The translations under genes and the position numbers were made by a program. A DNA stretch of 63,979 nucleotides, counting the filler, from Octopus bimaculoides (taxonomy: Eukaryota), in assembly GCF_001194135.2 (NCBI RefSeq). It is 7 parts of 5 records of this genome, joined end to end, with 100 filler letters (N's around TTAATTAATTAA, not from the genome) between each part and the next. Parts side by side here need not be neighbours in the genome. Positions count along the whole stretch, not along the records: positions 36,350 to 46,723 come from NC_069000.1; positions 46,824 to 52,098 come from NC_069000.1; 5 more parts are not named here. One strand, given 5' to 3'. The notes beneath the pieces were generated by a model, which was not told the DNA's origin, did not search any database, and was given only the letters and a program-made list of their open reading frames with translations. Shown here in pieces: positions 37,162 to 49,352 of the stretch (position 1 is the first letter of the stretch; every line of letters begins with the position of its first letter).

Positions 37162-38009
37162 ACTTTCAATTACTGGCTGCCAGGGCACGCCACGTGTTTA
37201 TTTTAAATTATATTCTTTTTTAAAACTTGTTTTTGTTCACAAATATGAAATTCGTGGACGTGAACGTTTGGTGGAGGAAAATTTTGTGGTGAGACACAAA
37301 ACGCAGGAGAAGAGAGACACATAATTTTGGAGGAGAGACCCAGAACGCACGACGAAAGAAGAGAGACAAACGTCGTATCAGTTTGCGATAAATATATATA
37401 GCAGTCGTTGTAGTGGTAGAAGGCGCAAAGCTTTAAAGTTTAAGTGTCAGAGTATGTTAAGAAATGAATCAGTGACAAAAACCAAATGGCTTTGTTGAGG
37501 ATGATTAGATGTAAAAGTAGAAATGGACGCCATATGTAGGGGCAATATGGGTCGCTTTTGAGTTTTGTTAAGTGTCAGTTTCTGGTACTAAATAGAAAAA
37601 TCACGAGTTTGGGACGATGGTTCTGTTATCTCAAAGATGTGATATCGCCAGGTGACATCATCGGTGATATTGAAGTCAAGCATTCGTAGCTAATTTGAGG
37701 ATCTTAAATGCATGATCTTCAATACAAGGGCAAGTGATCGAACGGAATACAAGTTAGTTTCTTTCATATGAGCAATGATCGCATCTTTGTACTGTTGAAG
37801 GAGACAAGATTTCTTATTCACATTGTAGAATATAACTGAGGTCTTTATCAAGAAGCCAAATCACGTTATATGGGACGTAACAACAGAAAAAGTGAATTCT
37901 GAATTATGTAGAACAGATTGACACCTTTTCCGCAACTTCCGTTCCTCATCCTTAATTTCTTTTTATTTCCTACGTGTTTAATGAAAACTTTAAATATACA
38001 TTAACTCAC

Positions 38010-38282
38010 CTATACATGCCTTCTCCTTAGCATCTGTGTAGATATAGGGCAAAGGTCGGCAAAGTGCTCCATAAACGGCAACATTCAGAAGCAACCCTGC
38101 TACAAGAAGCAAGGTGCCCCTAAGTCCATAAATTTCAATAAAAAACTCATAAAACAAGTTTACCAACATTGTGCCTAATCCTCCACCGCAATTGTTTATT
38201 CCTATTGCCAATGCCCGTCTCTTATCAAAGTAGAGTCCTGTGATAATCTGGCAGGTGAAAAAAGACATTCCAAGAGATACAC
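38010..38282 (-). CDS. SLC16/MCT monocarboxylate transporter, coding exon 3 (TM4-6)
   Basis: TTTTGCAG acceptor, G|GTGAGT donor, 273 bp, phase 1/1; GLYFDKRRALAIGINNCGGGLG...YGLRGTLLLVAGLLLNVAVYGALCRPL is the MCT signature. Confidence 0.92.
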
Positions 38283-39526
38283 CTGCAAAAGAATGGAATA
38301 TTTCACGGGTTAGGTTTCAGTTTGGGGAGATATATTTCTCACATTTGTTTTATTTCATAGACTTCGCCAGATATTCACATCAAATATTCACATCGAGACA
38401 CAAATCACTTAATACCAGGTTTGAACAAATCTTATGAAGCTTGCATAAACATACCAAAACATTTAAGAAATTTTAGGAAAGTTCTAGATAACTCAATGTC
38501 CCGCCAACAGTTGGGTGGGAAAGGATGGATAGAAGAACATCCTAAACTCAAAAAGTCCATGCCCCACCCCATAACCTACCTAGCATATATTCTATGCATA
38601 TTATACTGCCAAACATAAAGAACACAGCCAATAAATACATGAAGAACTAAAAAAATCACATGACAAGCACTACACTCGAATAGAAGGTTATCAGGTAGCC
38701 AACTATTACAATACATAAACAGTCATGCCAAAACGATAACATCAACCTTGACCTAGTTAGAGAGAATCTTGGCTTCGGGTTGCACATGCAACTGGGCATG
38801 ATTTTCTGTATAGCTTTCTCAGGGTCTGTCCATATTGCTAGTTTCGAAGGCTTGGATTTTAGCAAGTAGTATTTATACCCTACATTTCTTAAATTACTTT
38901 ATACTGTGTCTGTAAAGTTCTGAACTTGCTAGCCACCTTATTATTACTGTATATGACGGTAATAATACGACTTTATTTACATTTTTCTTGTTTACGATAG
39001 TTTCTTTTAAACGGAGCGGGACGTTTAAAGTAAGGAACGCACACAAGCTAATATAGTGAATATTTTAGAAATAGATGTTAAATGTTGTTTTCAACTGAAG
39101 ATCGCAAAGCGTGAAATCAATTGGTACTGAAATAAGTATTACTTATCTTTGTATTCCAATCAAAGGTAAGCCTGTTTCTGAAACGTTCATTGCATTGCAC
39201 GTGTATATCTTTATCGTAATATTTATGGTGGTTTTTGGAGCTATGGCTTTGATTTTAACAATTGGTATCGTATACCTTATTTTTCCTAAATTACTTATAA
39301 ATATATATATATACATATAGAGTACATATAGAGTACAGAGCCGCACCGCTAACCAGCTGGCGTAAGATCTACCTGGGGTTAAACTAGTAGTAACAGGGAA
39401 CAGCCATTTTGATGTGGCGATTGTAAAGAAAGTTGAAGTTGTAAATATGTTTTAAATATAAGTTATTTAATGCAACAAATTCATATTTTTCTAATATATT
39501 TGTGATACAGAGAACAATATTGTTAC

Positions 39527-39712
39527 TTACGGAAGGAGAGCGCTAAGCAGTGAGAAGGAAAATCGCAATGTCATTATCGGTCCGAATATGCTTGATGCAC
39601 GTTCGAACTGGATGCACGTACTCACTGCGTTTCGAACGTGCATCAAACATATTCGGACCGATAATGACATTGCGATTTCCTTTAGCATTGCTTAGCGCTC
39701 CCCACTCCGTAA
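39527..39712. mobile_element. Palindromic MITE (~80-bp arms, ~23-nt loop) in MCT intron 2
   Basis: 39527-39607 pairs with 39631-39712; TA at both ends; a degenerate third arm copy lies at ~39963-40025. Confidence 0.8.
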
Positions 39713-40063
39713 TTTATTGATGGTGAGCCGCCGTATAGCGCTGCCAGTCTTCGTATGTGACTGGGAAAGCATAAGAGAGGGAATCTCTTAATTCAGCTCG
39801 CAGTGCCGTCTGCTGAGTGTCTGCGACCGATAAGGAGACAATGACTCCGAAATGTTAATACCTAGACAGGTGGCGCTGCGAGCTTATCTAGATGTATACA
39901 CACCATTTGTCAGTAAGCGAGATCTATTCTCCGTGATAAAAGGCAGTGAGTAGCTTATTCCCCAGTTCGAACGCGCATCAAGCACACCGGGACTGCTAAT
40001 AACATTGCAATATCATTATTGTAGAAACGTTGATAAATGGAAAGAAAAAACTTATGTTGCTGA

Positions 40064-40442
40064 TTGTTGTTGTTGGCACTCCGTCGCTTACGATGTCGAG
40101 GGTTCCAGTTGATCCGATCAACGGAACAGCCTGCTCGTGAAATTAACGTGCAAGTGGCTGAGCACTCCACAGACACGTGTACCCTTAACGTAGTTCTCAG
40201 GGATATTCAGCGTGACAAGGCTGACCCTTTGAGTTATAGGCACAACAGAAACAGGAAGTAAGAGTGAGAGAAAGTTGTGGTGGAAGAGTACAGCAGGGTT
40301 CGCCATCATCCCCTGCCGGAGCCTCGTGGGGCTTTAGGTGTTTTCGCTCAATAAACACTCACAACGCCCGGTCTAGGAATCGAAACCACGATCCTACAAC
40401 CACGAGTTCACTGTCCTAACCACTGGGCCATTGCGCCTCCAC
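40064..40442 (-). mobile_element. tRNA-derived SINE (head GTGGAGGCGCAATGGCCCAGTGGTTAGG)
   Basis: A-box TGGCCCAGTGG and B-box GGTTTCGATTCC on the minus strand; (AAC)n tail; highly similar to 54148-54536 and 57393-57778. Confidence 0.9.
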
Positions 40443-41180
40443 TGTTGCTGGTAACGTTGAGCAAAATTGCTTTCTACTATAGGCACAAGGCCTGAAATTT
40501 TGGAGAAGTTGATTACATTGATCCCAGTGTATTTCATAAACTGTGAAAGGATGAAAAGCAAAGTCAACCCCAGCGGAATATGAACTCAAGACGTAAAGAC
40601 AGACGAAATATTGCTAAGAATCTTATCTCGGCGTGCTTAACGATTTTGCCGGCTCACCGCCTAAACATTGACAAATAACGATAACCTGCGAGGGTCGCAT
40701 AAGACAGAGGACGATAGATGGTGTGTGTCCAGTTTTAAAAGTACTTAACTAACTCTATTGGAGTATCTGTGTCGCAACTTTAAATGCATCTTTTCAGCTG
40801 AGTTGTAATGGGTCATATACGGTTTGTTAGTTGTGAGATGAATTTTAAATAAAGATGTTAAACAGGATACGTGACTCATGACATCAAATATGACAGTTAT
40901 CTTATTACACAATAAAATCTCGTCGTATTTCAGTGTGTGTGTGTGTGGGGGGGGGTCATACATCTAATGAAAACATATACACTGGTTATTTTTCTTTGAT
41001 GCGATTAGTGTGTCGAACCAATTTCGTCTCAGTCTGTAACCTTATCAATGACCATGTGCCACTCAATCATTTCTTCCTTCTTAGTAACTTATGCATGTTT
41101 ACTGTAGTTTCACAGATCATGTGATCTTAAACGAAATATATGACACTAAAATATTGTAAGAAAGCAAAACGGTATCATAC

Positions 41181-41324
41181 CTGTCATAATACCGTATGTT
41201 GCTATCATCATCTCAATAGTTGTGGAAAAGGCACCCAAGATGGCGCCTATGAAACCAAGAATAGCTGCTAATATCATCACTGTTCGGTGGCTAACGTAAA
41301 CCAACAACACACTGCCAACTGGAG
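41181..41324 (-). CDS. SLC16/MCT transporter, coding exon 2 (TM3 region)
   Basis: TTTTCAG acceptor, G|GTATGA donor, 144 bp, phase 1/1; APVGSVLLVYVSHRTVMILAAILGFIGAILGAFSTTIEMMIATYGIMTG. Confidence 0.9.
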
Positions 41325-41819
41325 CTGAAAACATAAAGGTCAATCAGTAGAGTGAAGTGGGTTGGGTTATGTTGTTTGATGGCAGATTCGGAGGTTCGAA
41401 TCTTGTCGATATATTGCGTTAAGTCATGAGTAAGTTAGTCTTGAGCGAAAATATAAACAATGTATTTAGAAACTGAATACCTAGATAGGTGCAAAATTAG
41501 TTGAGTGGGTAAGTCGTTCGCCATGCACAACTTTGCCTAGTGTTCGATTTCAATGGGCGATACTGTGAGCGAATATCTTTTACTGTAATTTCGGGTTTAC
41601 CAGAAGCACGTACTTCATGTGTTTCTGTAGCTGAGTAAACATATACACTGGTGGTTCGACAAAAGGACGTCGATAAAATATGTACCAGATTCATATAAGT
41701 ATGGCGGTTGACAGGACAGAGTAAATAGTAGAAGGTGATGTTTGTACGGTCGCAAATAAGGAAAAAATAGAATTTCAATAATTGAAATTAAAATCTAAAA
41801 ATGAAAAATTGTCATTTAC

Positions 41820-42069
41820 CTGCAAGCATGCTAAGTCCGTCAAGCAGGGCTCCAACTAGCGCCAACTTCCATACTGGGTCATCAAAGATTCTTCTGAGGC
41901 CAATAAGGAATATTCCCGAAGACGTTGCCAATCCAGTTACCGTAAAATTCGTACAAGCTGCAGCGAAGCATACCACCCATCCCCAACCCCCATCTGGTAC
42001 CACTTGTTTTTTCTGGTAATATTTCATGTCTTTGACAACTTTGTTGCGTTTTTCGAAGTTAAAGGGCAT
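41820..42069 (-). CDS. SLC16/MCT transporter, coding exon 1 (TM1-2)
   Basis: ATG at 42069; VPDGGWGWVVCFAA motif; G|GTAAAT donor, 250 bp, phase 1. Confidence 0.92.
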
Positions 42070-42605
42070 GTTTGGAACAAATTTACTGGAAATTTTTAAA
42101 AAGAAATTATAAATATATTGTGTTTATTCTCACTTCAAGGCATGAAAATTTACACGAATATTTACGAATATTACTAAAAAGAGACAATGTGTTGTCCGAA
42201 TCTACCTGGGTACCCAGGTCATAAAAAGCAACGAAACAAATATGCGACAAAACATTTTGTCCGGGAGTAATAGCACAAAGGAAGTTGGCCGACAGCCATC
42301 TGATTCAGCTAACTCATCGACTTGAGCAGTTCTTGAGGACATTCTTTGAGAGCAAGGAATTGAAATATTAGAAATATTGAAAAGTTGGTCTGGGTGGTGG
42401 TGGTGCAAAATTGCGATCTTGGTTGCCGCAGAAATAGTATTCCGAAGAAATTTTTGAAAAGATAAAATAAAAAGTAGAGGTGGGCGTGGGGGGAAGTTCG
42501 ACACGTCTACCCCTCCCCACCATACCCACTAACTGTTGATACACACAGTCAGTAATTTCTCCCAGTCCTGCTGTTTATTTTATGTATACGTATGTGAGTG
42601 TGTGA

Positions 42606-42641
<36 letters not shown>

Positions 42642-42989
42642 AGAGGAGAGAGAGGGAGAAAGAAAGTAAAGTTATTCACTTGATATCAGATGTGACGAGG
42701 TTATCTGTATTAGATTTCTTATTGTACCTGTGTGTATGTTTATATATGCATGTGCTTGTACATGTATATATGCATATGCGTGTGTATATGCATACTATCC
42801 CATAAAACTTATTAACTGCTATATATACATACATACATATATATATACATATATATGCTTTCGGTGCGAATAGTTGTTTATACGGCGCCGTTTTTACAAT
42901 CTTGTAAATAATAATAATAGTATTTTTTATATAAGCTTAAAGTTTAGGAGCATATAAGCCCTCGTCAGAAAAAAAAAGAAGGCTTTCCT

Positions 42990-43055
42990 ATCCGCGTGGG
43001 AGTCGAACCCACATCCTTTTGTTAATGCGATTGTGTTACCATTGCAGCAGCGAAT
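42990..43055 (-). pseudogene. Degenerate tRNA-like sequence (SINE head or tRNA pseudogene)
   Basis: Acceptor-like ATTCGC/GCGGAT, D-loop AATGGTAA, perfect T arm GTGGG-TTCGACT-CCCAC; the anticodon arm is broken. Confidence 0.5.
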
Positions 43056-43175
43056 CAGCTTCGCTTTCCCTGTCAAATTTAAGAACTATAATAGTTCGTG
43101 TTATATGCCCCTTTATTAGACTATTTTCCTTAATCATTGCTCCTGTCTGGTGCACAGAGTCCAAGAATCACTGCC

Positions 43176-43256
<81 letters not shown>

Positions 43257-43571
43257 NNNNNNNNNNNNNNNNNNNNNNNNNNNNNNNNNNNNNNNNNNNN
43301 NNNNNNNNNNNNNNNNNNNNNNNNNNNNNNNNNNNNNNNNNNNNNNNNNNNNNNNNNNNNNNNNNNNNNNNNNNNNNNNNNNNNNNNNNNNNNNNNNNNN
43401 NNNNNNNNNNNNNNNNNNNNNNNNNNNNNNNNNNNNNNNNNNNNNNNNNNNNNNNNNNNNNNNNNNNNNNNNNNNNNNNNNNNNNNNNNNNNNNNNNNNN
43501 NNNNNNNNNNNNNNNNNNNNNNNNNNNNNNNNNNNNNNNNNNNNNNNNNNNNNNNNNNNNNNNNNNNNNNN

Positions 43572-43617
<46 letters not shown>

Positions 43618-45155
43618 GTCGATCTAATAACTTGACCTCTACAATTCCTATTTAGTCAAGAAACGATCAAATTATTTTCTAGCTTCCAAGCTATAGTTCT
43701 CGCTATAGAAGGGAGCACGAGTACGTTTATGGGAAAATATGTGGTATATTATGGAACAGCTGCCAGTTCCTGGGGGAAAGTGGACCATACGCATAAAGTT
43801 AATGGTTGAAGCAGTCGAAAAGATTTAGCTGAATTTAATGATGAAGGAATGGGAATAGACTTTAGGACCACTCGGGATGGTACAAGTCACATCACAAACA
43901 ATTACAGTGTGATATTAGGGAGGAATCCAAGAGTTATGATTTGGATGCGGCACACCCACTTAGAATGTGAAGTGTTAAGAGGCCGAAACACTTGCATGAA
44001 GACCAAAAACTGTTATTCAGCTGTCACAAGAATTTTTTTCTCTATCTCCAGGAAAATGTTAAAGAATATATGATGACTTTATATTAATGAAAATCTGACA
44101 AGTTTTTAAAATATGTTATTTTGACAGGCGTTGGGGATAATAAAACATAGCCTACTTGATGGCACGTAAGAAACATTTTTTTCCGAAAAGGGTGTCCCTA
44201 AAAAAATCACCCTGGGTCCTACATTTGAATGTGGGCCTACATCACATGCTTTAATGATTTCAAAAGCTGTTTCCTTTGAATATGTGCTGATGAAACTGGG
44301 TTGTGTCGAATATGCTGATATGTCTCTTCTGCCATCAAATATGGTGCTTTTGTTGTGGATTAGGATTAATATTAAGATTAATGGATAAATTATCGCGAGA
44401 GTTTTATAGATAGAAATATGCAATTATTTGGTTTGAGATTTAGATGATCTGCCTTGTTAAAACGGAAAATTGCCGCGTAATCATTATCAGGTGGATAAGC
44501 GTTAAAATAACTAAGAAAGATATAATAGAATGTATGTTTATATTACCTTATAATTTAGAAGAAGAGCAGAAGTTATGTTGAGAAGTTCGTGACGCTTGCA
44601 CTGAAAATATATCACACTTTTAAATAATTATTTTCCTTTATAAATATTCATTAGCTGTGTTCTCGTTTTTTCTCGAAGAATCTGACCGATCTCTCCACCA
44701 TAAACTGTTATTTCAATATTATTGTTCTTCTTAACATTTACCTATATCAGGTGGCGTTATTAGGCTAGACATGGACTAGATCAATCTTTTGGCAGAAGCG
44801 TATCTAAGGTTTTTAAAGTTATAGTGTTAGTTAATCGTGGGTTTACAAATGCTAGTATATGCATAATTATTCTAACACACGTAGGACTCCTTTCGAAATC
44901 ACGTGGTTTGATCTCATTGCACTTTGTCTCCCTCCATACCTTACTGTCACCCAAAGTTTTACAACTGTCAGTGTGTATTTGCTTGTATGTGTGTTTGTAT
45001 ATTTTGGTTGGTTTTGTGAGAGAAAGAATAGTTAAAAACATTGTTAATTAAAGAAAATGTAAGTGAATATGGCGTCGAAAATGTACATTTGTCTTTAATG
45101 TCATTTATGCCATATAAAGAAATATACAGTGACGGTGACATAACTGATATACATA

Positions 45156-45187
<32 letters not shown>

Positions 45188-45689
45188 NNNNNNNNNNNNN
45201 NNNNNNNNNNNNNNNNNNNNNNNNNNNNNNNNNNNNNNNNNNNNNNNNNNNNNNNNNNNNNNNNNNNNNNNNNNNNNNNNNNNNTATATATATATTCGAT
45301 TAGAGGAGGTTATGTTGACCTCATGAAGGGATGGCGTCATCCAAGGAAATACTGGTTCAGTACCTAATTTATTGTGGGGAATTGATTTCCTTAAAATAAT
45401 AGGTGTATATATAAAAACCTGTAGTTTATATTTGTATAAAGGAAGAAGAAAATGGAGACTGTGAAGTTAATAAGAGTTTATTATCAACAACAAATTGATC
45501 GTTATCCCTTACAGCTGCTTCAATTATACACAGTAAAATTAATTAAATATTAAATTCATATTTCTGAGAATAATCTCATCAGAGGGAAAAAATATACCGT
45601 TAGATGTTTTGTATGCTTGTTTACGGATTCATTATAGCAGGCTGCTATCGGCTCTCCTCTAAACCTCTCTGTTTCTGGAGTCCGCAAGG

Positions 45690-45885
45690 ACCTGCCAACA
45701 CTCAGAATGTGTCTCAGACCCCTCTGATGGAAGCGTTCAAGAACCCTCACATGTTACCCGTAATATGTCTATGTATCACATTAGTAAAGGAGCGAGTCAG
45801 CAAACCCACACGCTGCACAGCAACTGTTGTTCTCCTTGTGATGTCATTCTGGGATCAAACACGAGACTCAAGAGTCCTGAAGGAA
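45690..45885 (-). mobile_element. RTE-clade LINE fragment
   Basis: Minus strand QNDITRR...VRVLERFHQRGLRHIL, typical of the post-RT region of RTE elements. Confidence 0.6.
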
Positions 45886-47131
45886 TCAATACTCTTATGA
45901 AGCCTTAAAGATAAGTCAAGGAGAAAGGATGGATGAGTGTGCTGTCCAAGTATACAAACTTGCCAGCCACTGACTAAATACTTTTCTCTGTCAACACACC
46001 ACTGCCATCAGGAAAGCTGCACGAAATTTTGACAGTGAACAAGTCGGGGTTTCAAAGCGACGAAAATATTTTGACACAAATTAAATTTAGATGTTGAAGT
46101 GAATCTAACAGGGTTTTTTTTTTTTGTGTGTGTGTGTGTGCTTTTTTTAAATGGCTTATAAACACCTTCCACGCAGCAATTGTTTTTGTTTCAGCACACG
46201 ATCTCAGATCAAGTCACTTGCTGTGCAAGTACATCTCTGTAATATTTTATGTTTATTAAATTATCTAACCTATTTTATACACCAAACCTATCTCTGCATT
46301 AACGTCAGTATTATTTCTACCGTATCTAAGTTAACTCATTTTTTTCACTCGTGTCAAGATTTGAATAAATATACATATGATAATTTTGGTTACATCCGTA
46401 ATTAATTTAATTTCGCGATAAACAGATAAGAAATAGCTTTTTTTGTGTTAAACCTTATTTACCAAATTTTGCTTCTGATTTAGATGCATGGCCAACAAAT
46501 GTTGTAGGAGGGTTGGGCGTTACCAACGACACCCTCATTTGAAAGCAATTTATTTTATCGACCTCAAAAGGATAAAAGACACAAATTTAAAGTCTGCGGG
46601 ATTTGAACTCAGATCGTTAAGGATCCGAAGAAATACAACTCAGAATTTTTCCTACATTCTAACGATTCTGCCAACTCGCTGCCTTTGTTTACAAAGTATT
46701 AGTTTCAAATTTTATCTAAGCTTNNNNNNNNNNNNNNNNNNNNNNNNNNNNNNNNNNNNNNNNNNNNTTAATTAATTAANNNNNNNNNNNNNNNNNNNNN
46801 NNNNNNNNNNNNNNNNNNNNNNNAAAATGAAAAATAACTATTTACAGCAAAGACGGTGTATCTTTGTCTTGATATTATGTAAGGGTTGCAAACAACCATT
46901 GCTGTTATACAAGTGATGTTTGGGAAATATTTCTAAGCAAGTGGAAATATTAACTTCCTTGGAAACAGGTGAGGGGTGACAACAGGAAGGGCATTCAACT
47001 GGAAGAAAATTCATTTCAATAAATTCTATGTGACGCATGCAACCCTGGAAAAAAGGACCTTAAATGATGATGGTGATGATGATGATATACATACATACAT
47101 ACTTAAATACATACATACATACATACATACA

Positions 47132-47175
<44 letters not shown>

Positions 47176-48933
47176 ACATGCTTCTTTCAGTTTCCGTCTC
47201 CCGAATCCACTCACAAGACTTTGGTCAGCTTGAAGCTATAGTATAAGACACTTGACCAAGTTGCCATGCAGCAGGACCACGTGAACCCAGGACCATGTGG
47301 TTGGGAAGCAAGCTTCTTACCACACAGCCATGGCTGTGCCTATACATATATGTATACACTCACACACACACATATATATATATATATATAGTCAAATCGA
47401 ATAAACAAACAATAACAAACAACAAAAGGATATGTACATGGAATGTAGGTTTTAGTTTGATGCTCAGTAAAAAGAGAGAGTTTTTGACATTTCATCATCA
47501 TCATCATCATCCTACATAGGCTCCTGTCCTATACCAGTTCCACCCACAAGGCATTAGTTGAACCAGAGTTCGAGTGGAACACACTTTCACAAGGTACCTT
47601 GTAATGAGATAGAACTCAAAACCTCATGGTCACTATGTCAATAACATATCCACACTATCATGCTTGTACCTATGTATGTATGTGTGTATGGCTTACTGCA
47701 AATGGTTTTTCCATGTACTACCACAGGTTATTGTCTATCTTTGTAATAACTTTGTCTAGTTTTGAACATTTCTCTTTATTCCTGGAGTAGATGAAGAGAC
47801 AAGGTACATTGTGTCAAAATGTTGTCTCATGTTTTCATTAGTTTATAATTTACTAGACTCTCCATAAATATATATTGCTTTTCAAAAGCAAAGTTTTGGA
47901 CTTAGTGTTGAAAACCATGCTTTAATCAAAGTTAGTTCCAATTGATTCTATGCAGCTTTGTCAATGAGCAACAAAAATCTTGTCCTGCAGGAAATTAGTA
48001 TTTTGAGAATCAATGAACATCTTCAAAGACCATTCTGTAGCCATTTGAGTTTTTCAAAAAGGTGTGATGGTCAAAGAATGACTAAAATTCTTGAAAAAGC
48101 AATAAAAACATGCAGGTACAGGTATAGCTGCATGGTTAAGAAAATTCATTCTACAAACATGTGGTCTGGCTTCAGTTTCTATGTGTGGCACATTGGATGA
48201 GGTTTTTTTTTTATGTAGGCACAGGTAACCCAGGAAACTAAGAAAACTTTTTGCATGTATATGCATGCATGTATGTATGTATTTATGTATTTCTGAGACC
48301 CCCTTCGTTTTGATAGGAATTTTACTTTTTTTCATATTTTTCCCTTTTTTTCATTTTCAAAAAGAAAAGCTCTACATTTTTATTTGTCCCCTTTGTGTTC
48401 AGCCCTGTGTGGCCAATAAAGAAAGTTATCTATCCATCTGTCTATCTAACTATCTATCTAAACATACATACAACATGCATACATACAACATACATACATA
48501 GGTACATATGTATATTTGCATGTATGAATTACATACAGGTGCACTTTCACTGGTTTCACCTTACATCTCCTCCCACATTTATTTACTCTTACTACTATAT
48601 ACAAGCTTGTGCTTATAAATGCACCCATCCTGCATATGTTCTGACATACATTTGTATATGAGGTTGGTTGCAACTGTTTTTTAACAGGTTTATTTATATA
48701 TTATTTGTATAGACTTATTTAATAGAAAGGAACTGTAAAACTGTATACAGCTTTTATACACCAGTGATATAAAAGCTCTCACCTATACACATTAAAGGAT
48801 TTTTTTTTAAATTTCATCTTCAAACAAACTATTACCCTTTTTTCTATTCGATTACAAAGATCCCACCTCTTTAAATTTTTATATATACATATCCGGTTTC
48901 ACACTTATTACCTAGTCAAATTAAATCATGGTT

Positions 48934-49352
48934 TTAACCCTTTCGTTACTATATTTCTGACCAAAATACACCCCTCATGAGTTTCAATTAAATTCTAAAA
49001 TAATCATGAATTTAGACTAGTCTCATTAAACACCTGTAACTTTTTTATTTATCAACATATTAATGTGATATTTGGAACATAATTAAAGAAAGGGTTCTTA
49101 ATCAATTCTATTGCCTAATTTTTGTCTCAAAGTTCTCCACGTACTGGTGGGGATGTACTGCTAGTGTCTCTCACATGTAAATATTGGTTCAGCTTCACGA
49201 ATCGTACTCATTCATAATACTGGAAATATATCCATCGCCAAAAGGTTCCTCCTGATCGCTCCAGTAATTTGTTATTCTGGGTAGCTGTCTAATACCCATA
49301 AAAATATTTATGGCAAAAAATGCCCGTATTTCATCTACAGTTGCAGGAAACC
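48934..49352 (-). mobile_element. piggyBac-like terminus and transposase fragment running into a gap
   Basis: TTAA|CCCTTTCGTTAC at 48934; 49195-49352 encodes FPATVDEIRAFFAINIFMGIRQLPRITNYWSD...YISSIMN, a PGBD-type transposase motif. Linkage of the two parts is inferred. Confidence 0.7.

Noticed and set aside
38656-38865. CIVIVGY in an intronic minus-strand ORF, resembling MCT TM4
   Set aside because: The true TM4 is in exon 3; no splice sites or further similarity.
45545-45580. CTGATGA...GAAA motifs at 45560 (minus), 6745 (minus), 28810 (minus) and 36485 (plus)
   Set aside because: Stem I, stem III or the cleavage triplet cannot be formed; not called as hammerheads.
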